A DNA stretch of 64,000 bases from Candidatus Woesearchaeota archaeon. GTDB lineage: Archaea > Nanobdellota > Nanobdellia > SCGC-AAA011-G17 > JAGVZY01. Below are positions 56,620 to 64,000 of this stretch, piece after piece (within the stretch, counting starts at the first letter, position 1; the number at the start of each line of letters is the position of its first letter). The position numbers and the translations under genes were made by a program. The stretch is taken from NCBI GenBank assembly GCA_018302225.1, contig JAGVZY010000007.1, forward strand, positions 13,700 through 77,699. Reading direction: 5' to 3'. Under the pieces are notes generated by a model that saw only the letters and a program-made list of their open reading frames with translations, searched no databases and was not told the origin of the DNA.

Positions 56620-58092
56620 TTAAGTATTATATTTTTTTCTTGCAAATCTTCTCTTACTTGAAAATCTATTACCTTCAGATCTATTTTCAGATCTACCTTC
56701 AGAACTTCTTTCATTAGAAGAATGATTACCAAATCTTCTTGGCCCATCAAACCTTCTTGGTCTATTATCTCTGCCTTCAATCTCTTCAGGTTTTCTTTGA
56801 CCAAAGCCATATCCAACAGATTGATTACCTCTAGGTTCTTCTCTTCTATTATCTCTTCTTGAATCACTTCCAAATCTTCTTCCACTATATGAATGTCCGC
56901 CAGATCTTGATCCACCAAATCTTGAACCTCTAAAATTTGATCTTCCACGACTATCTCCACCTCTTGAATGTGCTTGGAAAGCGATTCTTTCAAAATTCTC
57001 TTTAGGTAGCTTTTCAATTTTAACTCTGAACCTATCTAAAATTTGTGCAAATATATCATATTCATTAGGTTCTAAAAGTGTAATTGCTTTTCCTGTTTCT
57101 CCTGCTCTTGCAGTTCTTCCCACTCTATGTATATATTCTTGTGGATCTTTTGATAATCCATAATTAAATATGTGTGTAATTCCTTTAATATCTAATCCAC
57201 GAGCAGCAACTGCTGAAGCAATTAAAATATTACAATCCCCACCATTAAATTCCCTTATAATTCTCAGACGAGTACTTTGTGTTAATCTTCCATGAATTTT
57301 TTCTACTTTAATTCCTTGTCTACTAAGATTTCTTTCAAGTGCATCTACACCATGTCTTGTTGGACAAAATACAATTGCTCTTTTCATATCTTCTTTCTTC
57401 AACAAATGAACTAACAAAGAAAACTTTTCATGTGGTTGAACTTCTATATAATATTGTTCTAATAAATCTTCTTGAACTTGTAATTCTGTTTTTGCAACTA
57501 AAGGTGATTTCATATGTTTATGTTTAATATGATTTATCTCATCTGAAATTGTTGCTCCAAATAATATAACTTGTCTTGTCTTTGGAATTTTTGAAAGCAT
57601 ATATTCTATATCTTCTATAAATCCCATCTCAATCATTTTATCGGCTTCATCTAAAACTAAACATATTAATTTTGATAAGTTTAGATTTCCTCTATTCAAA
57701 TGATCCACTAATCTTCCTGTAGTTCCAACCACAATCTCTGCGTCTCTAAGTTCTTTTGTTTGTGGAAGTAAAGAAACACCACCATACACAGTTGCTAATT
57801 TACAATGCAAATATTTTGCATATTTCTTCATTTCTGTAGTAATCTGTACTGCTAATTCTCTAGTAGGTGTTAAAATTAGAATTTGTAAACCTCTTCCTGG
57901 AACTGCTTTTTCTAACATAGGAATTCCGAAAGCAATTGTCTTTCCTGATCCTGTGTTGGACATACCAATTACATCTTGTCCTGTTTTTATCATAGGTATG
58001 GCTAGTTTCTGAATCTTAGTAGGACTAACTATACCATGCTCTTTCAAAGCCTTAATTATCTCTGGCTTTATATTTAATAACTCAAATGTCAT
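56620..58092 (-). CDS. DEAD-box ATP-dependent RNA helicase with RGG/RG-rich C-terminal tail
   Basis: Q motif, GSGKT, DEAD (VLDEADKM), SAT, HRVGRTAR. Last about 110 aa is a low-complexity G/R/S/F tail. Confidence 0.9.
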   Translation of the reverse strand: MTFELLNIKPEIIKALKEHGIVSPTKIQKLAIPMIKTGQDVIGMSNTGSGKTIAFGIPMLEKAVPGRGLQILILTPTRELAVQITTEMKKYAKYLHCKLATVYGGVSLLPQTKELRDAEIVVGTTGRLVDHLNRGNLNLSKLICLVLDEADKMIEMGFIEDIEYMLSKIPKTRQVILFGATISDEINHIKHKHMKSPLVAKTELQVQEDLLEQYYIEVQPHEKFSLLVHLLKKEDMKRAIVFCPTRHGVDALERNLSRQGIKVEKIHGRLTQSTRLRIIREFNGGDCNILIASAVAARGLDIKGITHIFNYGLSKDPQEYIHRVGRTARAGETGKAITLLEPNEYDIFAQILDRFRVKIEKLPKENFERIAFQAHSRGGDSRGRSNFRGSRFGGSRSGGHSYSGRRFGSDSRRDNRREEPRGNQSVGYGFGQRKPEEIEGRDNRPRRFDGPRRFGNHSSNERSSEGRSENRSEGNRFSSKRRFARKKYNT

Positions 58093-58407
58093 TTTTATTT
58101 CTCCTTAGATTAACATTAATTCCCTTTAGACATTTAATTGCCTTGTAAACTGCCTTGCAAAGTCTTATTTTAAAGCAAACTTCTACTTTAAGACTAAATT
58201 TAAGGTTATTTTACCTTATTAGGGGCTATATTGAAACAGAATGAGTATTTTTTGCGAAAATTCCCCTGTTTCCAGCTTTTTTAATGCTTTTATCTTATTT
58301 ATACCTATAAATTAAGCCCTTGGTTTATATATGTTTTGATTTATAAACTTCTAAAACGACCAAAATAAAACAATAATTCTTATAAACTTGAACCCCCCCA
58401 TAACACT

Positions 58408-59025
58408 ATGTCAAGCCAAAATAAGACATTAAAAGCAAAGGATTTCTTCAATAAGTTTGCAGAGCAACATAAAAATCTTTCTGAAGAAAGACTTATGCAA
58501 TATGAATTAAATCATTTTATTTCTCTAATTGCTAAAGAACAAGCCCAAATTTTAGATGCAGGATGTGCTGCAGGTAGAGATGCTAAATATCTAACAGATT
58601 ATGGTTTAAATGTTACAGGGATTGATATTTCTGAAGAATTAATAAAAAAAGCAAGTGAAAGAAAAATAAAAAATGCTGCATTCAAACTTGGAGATATTTC
58701 AATAGTTAAACTAGATGAAAGTCAATTTGATGGTGTATGGGCAATGGATATTCTTTCATACACAGAAAAAGAAAATATACGCACAATTCTTAAAAATTTA
58801 AACTCTTCAATTAAAAAAGGGGGGGTATTATTCCTTTCAGTTAGAGAAGGCAATGGTTTAAACTCAGTAAAATATTCTAATATGGAAGATTCTGAAGTAA
58901 ATATAAACTTTTTTAGTATATCTGAGCTAGAAGACGCACTTCAAAAAGCAGGATTTTGTGTTCTAAAGAGTTATACTCGTGAAGGAAAAAATCACGAATG
59001 GATTAATATCTTTGCTCAAAAATAA
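58408..59025 (+). CDS. class I SAM-dependent methyltransferase
   Basis: ILDAGCAAGRDAKYL motif I; small MTase fold. Confidence 0.6.
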   Translation: MSSQNKTLKAKDFFNKFAEQHKNLSEERLMQYELNHFISLIAKEQAQILDAGCAAGRDAKYLTDYGLNVTGIDISEELIKKASERKIKNAAFKLGDISIVKLDESQFDGVWAMDILSYTEKENIRTILKNLNSSIKKGGVLFLSVREGNGLNSVKYSNMEDSEVNINFFSISELEDALQKAGFCVLKSYTREGKNHEWINIFAQK

Positions 59026-59040
59026 TTACTCCTAATTATA

Positions 59041-59619
59041 ATGATAATTGGATTAACAGGAACTATCGGCTCTGGAAAAGGAGATTTAGCAAGATACTTA
59101 GAAAATAAAGGTTTTCAAAGAATAGTTTTCTCAGATATTTTAAAAGATGAATTAATTAAAAGAGGAATAGAAATAACTAGAGAAAATTTGCAATTGATGG
59201 GAGATGAATTTAGAAAACAAGGAGATTTAAATGTACTTGCAAGAAAACTTTTAGAAAAAATAACCAGAGAAAATGTGGTCTTAGATGGAATAAGAAATCC
59301 TGGTGAAGTTGATTATCTTAAAAAAAATTCACGATTTGTTTTAATAGGCATAGATGCAGATGAACACACAAGGTTTGAAAGAACAATTTCAAGAGGAGAT
59401 GCTAGAGATCCTAAAACTTATAGAGAATTTAGAGAACGTGACGAAAAAGACAGACGTAGTATTAATCCAGAAGGCCAACAAGTCGATTTATGTTTACAAC
59501 AAGCAGATTATAAAATCTTTAATAACACAACAATAGAAGAGTTTCACGCTCAAATAGAAAGCGTTCTAATCCAAATTAAAAATAAGAAATATCAGCATAC
59601 AGGCGCCGATGAATATTGA
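59041..59619 (+). CDS. P-loop nucleotide kinase, dephospho-CoA kinase (CoaE)-like
   Basis: IGLTGTIGSGKG Walker A at the N-terminus in CoaE-like context. Confidence 0.4.
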   Translation: MIIGLTGTIGSGKGDLARYLENKGFQRIVFSDILKDELIKRGIEITRENLQLMGDEFRKQGDLNVLARKLLEKITRENVVLDGIRNPGEVDYLKKNSRFVLIGIDADEHTRFERTISRGDARDPKTYREFRERDEKDRRSINPEGQQVDLCLQQADYKIFNNTTIEEFHAQIESVLIQIKNKKYQHTGADEY

Positions 59620-60042
59620 AGCATCTGCCAAATTAAATACAGGAAACATCCAAATACTGATATAATCTCTTACATAGCCATAAACAACCCTATCGACCAG
59701 ATTAGCTATTGTTCCAGCAAACAATAAAATCAAAGATAAATTAAATAATTTTTTGTGTTTACTGCTTACTATTTTCTTAACAAATTTATATTTTAATATT
59801 TCATTTAGATAAATATAACATAACAATAAGATTATTGCAAATATAATAGAACAAATAATAATTCCAACTAAATGCCCTTCAAACAATCCAAATAAAGCCC
59901 CCCCATTTTTTAAATAAGTAAATAATAGCAAATCTTTATTATAAAAAAGATTTTTAAAAATAAAATCAAAAATAAAAACAAAAAAAGTAATTAAAATTAG
60001 AATAGGAAATTTATATAATTTAGTTCTGAAATTATTTACCAT
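59566..60042 (-). CDS. lspA: lipoprotein signal peptidase (signal peptidase II)
   Basis: NGGALFG and NLVDRVVYGYVRDYISIW..FPVFNLADASIFIGA match the LspA catalytic-Asp motifs; four TM helices. Confidence 0.8.
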   Translation of the reverse strand: MVNNFRTKLYKFPILILITFFVFIFDFIFKNLFYNKDLLLFTYLKNGGALFGLFEGHLVGIIICSIIFAIILLLCYIYLNEILKYKFVKKIVSSKHKKLFNLSLILLFAGTIANLVDRVVYGYVRDYISIWMFPVFNLADASIFIGACMLIFLIFNLD

Positions 60043-60392
60043 CTTGTAGATTTTTGTTTTGTTTCTAAAGCATTAATTCTATTAATTAAATTATCTAATT
60101 TTGCACTTATAACATCAAGCTTTGCATTAACTAATTCTAGCTCTTGCCCACGCATAGATTCTTGTCTTGGATTTGGAACTTCAAAACGGGGTCTAGAAAA
60201 TTCCATTTCATTTCTTTCATTACCAAATCTTTTATCTAAATATCCTTTATCTAACGGATTATTTTGATTTAATCCTAAATTGTTATTCATTCCAAACGAA
60301 TCAGTTTTATTCTGAGAAGGCATAGAAAAATCATCATCTAACTTAAGATTTTCCAAAGGATCCTTTTTTTTAAATAATCCGAAAATACTCAT
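60036..60392 (-). CDS. hypothetical protein with C-terminal coiled coil
   Basis: 118-aa ORF. Confidence 0.3.
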   Translation of the reverse strand: MSIFGLFKKKDPLENLKLDDDFSMPSQNKTDSFGMNNNLGLNQNNPLDKGYLDKRFGNERNEMEFSRPRFEVPNPRQESMRGQELELVNAKLDVISAKLDNLINRINALETKQKSTRW

Positions 60393-60485
60393 TTTTTTAC
60401 CTCTTTTTTCTTATATTGGGCTTTTAACCCACCGAAACCTTTAAAAGTAGTCTTAATTTATATAAATTACGGAAAGAGGTGCTGC

Positions 60486-62021
60486 ATGGGTTCTGTTATA
60501 GAAAAAGCAATAAAATATAACGCCAAAACAATCGCAAAAAGAAAAGGTGCTTCAGACAAAGAAGCAGATGATATAGCAAAAAAAGCAGTTTCTTCTTGCC
60601 TGGGAATAAATGAAAATTACCCTGAAAAAGGTTTTCTTTTAATTTATGATTCTTATATGGAAGGTTTAGAACCAATTTACTTCCAAATATTAGATATGAT
60701 GAGAGACAAGTATTGGGGTTTAGGATTGGATGTAAGCAAAACTCTAGACGAATTCGAAGCTTCAGTAGGTGGAGGATTTTACGGAGATCTAGGCTCCAAA
60801 GCAGGAATCATTCAAGATAGAGCAATGAAACACATTGCAACTATTAACACAATAATAAAAAGTGTTCTTAATTTAATTTATAGTTTAAAGGAATTTGATA
60901 ATCGTCTTTTAATGTATGATAGACTAAAATCAACAAATAAAAGTGATAAAGAAGCAGGACTCCTCGCGCTAAAATCCTTATGGATGGATAAAGTTGACAT
61001 GCAAAAAGGTAATGGAAGTATAAACATGCTCACCCAAAAATTGGGATTTGTTACACTTAGAGATGCTTTCATGAAAATAAAAGATGTAAATGAAGCTAAA
61101 AAAGCAGATTTAAATGAAAGAGTTCAAAGAATCTTAATGCAAAGAATTGCAGAATTTAATGACTGGTTAACATTAAGTGATAATGAATTAAGAAGAAGAT
61201 ATAGAATAGAAAGATTATACCTGAAAAGCCAAATTGAAAGTTTAAAATTATATTCTCAATGGGCCAAACCCTATTTAATCGCAGCACAAAAACTTCAAAT
61301 GGTTAGTTTTAATTCTCCAGATTTAGTAAATTTATTTGATAATCTTAGAATGGAAGTAAATCTTTTTGGGAAAAAAGTAACTGATTCGCCTATTGAAAAT
61401 ACTGCTTCTTCAAAAAAATATTATTCTTGCCTCGAAGTTATATTTTCATTCAGAAGTATACCCCACATTACAAGAAGCCAACAAGGAGGTTCACACTATT
61501 CACAAGGAGGACGTATAGAACTTAGATTTATGGGATTTGGATTAGATGAAGACCAAGTAAATGCAGTTGAAGAAGTTCAATTAAAAGATAGTCTTTCTAT
61601 GATAGCTGGAGTTACAGATGAAACAATTAATGAAATAATTGCTGCCGCAGAAACTTACACAAAAGATAAAGAAGAAACATTTGATTTTAATGAAAGATTA
61701 ACATTCTTAGAAGATTTAGAAAAAACTTCTAAAGATCCAGAAGTAAGAAAAAGAATAAAAGAACATATTTCACAAATGAAAAAGTCTCCACAAAAAAAGA
61801 TAGAATATTCAAATCCTTTTTCAGGTGTATTTGTAGGATTTTCAGAATTATTCAAACCGGTTAAAGGTTTTATGACTTCATTTTCAAAAAAAAGTAAATT
61901 GCAGACACAACAAACTTATATTGATTCAGAAACAAAAAAAGCTGCAAGAACAGCTGCAGGAAAAATGGCTTTCATTGCATATGATGTCTTCAAAAAAACA
62001 AGGAGGATGCTTGCCTGGTAA
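60486..62021 (+). CDS. large hypothetical protein (511 aa), first gene of a two-gene unit
   Basis: Long ORF with normal composition; no motif recognised. Confidence 0.4.
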   Translation: MGSVIEKAIKYNAKTIAKRKGASDKEADDIAKKAVSSCLGINENYPEKGFLLIYDSYMEGLEPIYFQILDMMRDKYWGLGLDVSKTLDEFEASVGGGFYGDLGSKAGIIQDRAMKHIATINTIIKSVLNLIYSLKEFDNRLLMYDRLKSTNKSDKEAGLLALKSLWMDKVDMQKGNGSINMLTQKLGFVTLRDAFMKIKDVNEAKKADLNERVQRILMQRIAEFNDWLTLSDNELRRRYRIERLYLKSQIESLKLYSQWAKPYLIAAQKLQMVSFNSPDLVNLFDNLRMEVNLFGKKVTDSPIENTASSKKYYSCLEVIFSFRSIPHITRSQQGGSHYSQGGRIELRFMGFGLDEDQVNAVEEVQLKDSLSMIAGVTDETINEIIAAAETYTKDKEETFDFNERLTFLEDLEKTSKDPEVRKRIKEHISQMKKSPQKKIEYSNPFSGVFVGFSELFKPVKGFMTSFSKKSKLQTQQTYIDSETKKAARTAAGKMAFIAYDVFKKTRRMLAW

Positions 62022-62040
62022 TTAAGCAAGTTTAATATAA

Positions 62041-64000
62041 ATGGCATTTACTATGAATGATTATTATTCTTCCATTGATTTCAAAAGAGATAATCCAGTT
62101 AAAGATATTACTATAAAAGAATTTGGAAGTGCAATTGTAACTGATTTTACAGGTTCCAATGTTGCTGCTTCTATGAGTCAAAGTGCAAGCACAGGTCAAG
62201 GTGCATTTGAACTTGGAAGTCTACAAAGACAAAAATTTGAAGAAATCCCACAACAACAATGGGATGAAGTAAGAAGACTAGGAAAGTTAACAGGTGTTAA
62301 ACCTTCATTACATGCACCTATGGTGGATGTCTTAGGAAAAACAGTTTCAGGAGAATTCTCAGAGAAAAAAAGAAAAGAAGTTGTTAATGAAATGATGGAA
62401 TATCTTAAAACTGGAAACACTATAGATCCAGACAACAATACTCCTGTAAACTTTCACTCCAGTGTTGGAGTTGGTGGAGAAAACAGTTTCTCGGGTGTTT
62501 ATTATCAAAAAGGATTATACAAAGGTCCAAAAGACGAAGATATAGAACTTGCAAAAATAAGAGCTGAAAAAATGGGTTTACCAGATTGGAGAGTTCTTGT
62601 TCCAGAAGCAACTGAAAAATTAGCTGCAGCCGCAGTTGATGTTAACACTGGAAGAATTGAACCTTTAATTTACAAAGAAGTTAAACAACTTCCTAGAACT
62701 TTTGAAGAAGAAAAAAGAGGATACCATCTTGAAGTTTATACTCCTGAATCAAGGATAACAAGTTTAAATAAAAATGCTTGGGATCAAGAAATGGAAAAAA
62801 TTCTTGGAAGTGAACACCAGATTTTCAAAATCAAAAGAAATTTTGAGGGTATAAATAGAGATATAGAAGAGGCAGGAGAAACTTTTGTAAAAATAAACCA
62901 AGATTTAAAAGAAAAAAAGATTGAAGAAAGCTACGCTAAATATGAAAAACTAAAATTAATACAAACAATTGAACAAAAAAAGCGTGAAATGTCATTAATG
63001 TCTGCCAACATACAACAAATAGACGAAGCAATGGATTCACAAGTTAATTCTATATATGATAATCTAAATAAAAGTTGTGAAAATGCCTCAGAAGAACTAA
63101 AAGAAGTATATCAAGATAAAATAAAGAGTCTCTCAAACATTTCTGCAAAATATAGCGAAGACAAAATGGCTATAAGAAAAATTATGAATGAAATCAGAGG
63201 AGAATTAAATAAACGGTATGGGGAAAAAGTTTCACGTGATAAACTGGATCAACTTGCGAAACAAGGAGATCAAACAGCAATAGCCTATTTAGAAGCAAAT
63301 AATAGATTAATAAACATTGACGCTGACAAAATAAAAGAAGTAGCAGATTCTATGCAAAATCTTCCAGACGAACTTCAATATGCTTCAAATGGAAAAATTA
63401 CTTATCCAGAAAGATTTAGATTATTCGAAGACTTTGCAATAGAAAAAGGCTCAGAAACTTTTTCAGATCTAGCAGAAAGAGCTTACGAAGAGTGGACTTC
63501 TAAAGGAAAAAACGCACCCTTAATTACAATTGAAAACCCACCAGTCGGACAATTTGCAATTTCACGTGCAGATGAATTAAAAAAACTAATTGAAGACTCT
63601 AGAAGTAAGTTTGCAGAAAAATTAATTAAAAATAAACATCTTGATGAAAAAAAAGCAAAAAAACTTGCTGAAGAAATGATTTCTGCTACTTGGGATGTTG
63701 GACATATTAATTTCTTAAAGAGTATGGGTTATGATGATAAAGATATTATTAAAGAAACAGAAAAAATTGCAAAATATGTTAAACATCTTCATATTACAGA
63801 TAATTTTGGAACAAGCGATTCACACCTTGCTCCAGGTATGGGCAATGTTCCAATAGAAGAGATAATGAAAAGTTTAGATAAAGCCGGTTTTGAAGGAAGA
63901 AAAATTATAGAAGCAGGAAAATTTATATCTGATTTTAAAGAAAGCGATATTCCTTATGCAATGGATTATTTTAAATCACCATTATATTCAGGAGAAATGG
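62041..64000 (+). CDS. large protein, partial (runs off window): unknown about 520-aa N-terminal region fused to a xylose-isomerase-like TIM-barrel (sugar-phosphate isomerase/epimerase, AP endonuclease 2 family) domain
   Basis: Open frame from ATG 62041 to the window end, missing from the ORF track because no stop. C-terminal TWDVGHINFL ... KHLHITDNFGTSDSHLAPGMGNVPIEEIMKSLDKAGFEG matches the metal-binding pattern of the xylose isomerase-like fold. Confidence 0.45.
   Translation, partial: MAFTMNDYYSSIDFKRDNPVKDITIKEFGSAIVTDFTGSNVAASMSQSASTGQGAFELGSLQRQKFEEIPQQQWDEVRRLGKLTGVKPSLHAPMVDVLGKTVSGEFSEKKRKEVVNEMMEYLKTGNTIDPDNNTPVNFHSSVGVGGENSFSGVYYQKGLYKGPKDEDIELAKIRAEKMGLPDWRVLVPEATEKLAAAAVDVNTGRIEPLIYKEVKQLPRTFEEEKRGYHLEVYTPESRITSLNKNAWDQEMEKILGSEHQIFKIKRNFEGINRDIEEAGETFVKINQDLKEKKIEESYAKYEKLKLIQTIEQKKREMSLMSANIQQIDEAMDSQVNSIYDNLNKSCENASEELKEVYQDKIKSLSNISAKYSEDKMAIRKIMNEIRGELNKRYGEKVSRDKLDQLAKQGDQTAIAYLEANNRLINIDADKIKEVADSMQNLPDELQYASNGKITYPERFRLFEDFAIEKGSETFSDLAERAYEEWTSKGKNAPLITIENPPVGQFAISRADELKKLIEDSRSKFAEKLIKNKHLDEKKAKKLAEEMISATWDVGHINFLKSMGYDDKDIIKETEKIAKYVKHLHITDNFGTSDSHLAPGMGNVPIEEIMKSLDKAGFEGRKIIEAGKFISDFKESDIPYAMDYFKSPLYSGEM

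Noticed and set aside
56559-57017. 152-aa ORF overlapping the 3' part of the DEAD-box helicase gene
   Set aside because: It is an alternative frame through the RGG-repeat-encoding region; its composition is an artefact of the repeat.

Overview
AT-rich (roughly 30% GC by eye) archaeal chromosomal segment with a DPANN-like feel: small genome style, tight gene packing and low-complexity tails on housekeeping proteins. The backbone is core information-processing genes. These are the str-like cluster uS12-uS7-aEF2-[inserted ORF]-aEF1A-[ORF]-uS10; PIN-RpoE'-Spt4-eS24-eS31; L7Ae-eS28-eL24-Ndk-thermosome; tRNA-His immediately followed by hisS; archease-RtcB; TrpRS; GluRS; aCPSF1; proteasome beta; NAC; a DEAD-box helicase; RNase P RNA; and an intron-containing tRNA-Tyr. 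Metabolic genes include the pyruvate:ferredoxin oxidoreductase operon porGDAB (porB interrupted by a LAGLIDADG intein), a PduL-type phosphotransacylase, two sugar-nucleotide epimerase/dehydratases and a CPA2 antiporter. Several accessory or foreign-looking patches interrupt this backbone: (i) a ~4.8 kb GC-richer island at 29233-34070 bounded by 50-bp direct repeats, carrying two tandem modules that each start with a ~137-200 bp conserved repeat and encode a toxin-antitoxin-like pair, a Zn-ribbon/AbrB-like regulator and bacterial-style secreted and lipo-proteins with Shine-Dalgarno leaders and hairpin terminators; (ii) a perfect 99-bp duplication of the 5' end of the RNase P RNA gene flanking a small membrane-protein gene beside a GC-rich patch; (iii) an exported L,D-transpeptidase next to a membrane-anchored coiled-coil protein with a papain-fold (NlpC/P60-like) domain; (iv) a bacterial-type signal peptidase II; (v) a bacterial-type TrpRS with a C-x22-C-x6-C-x2-C motif; (vi) an 800-bp noncoding region with GC-rich nested hairpins. 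No CRISPR array, cas operon or rRNA gene is present.
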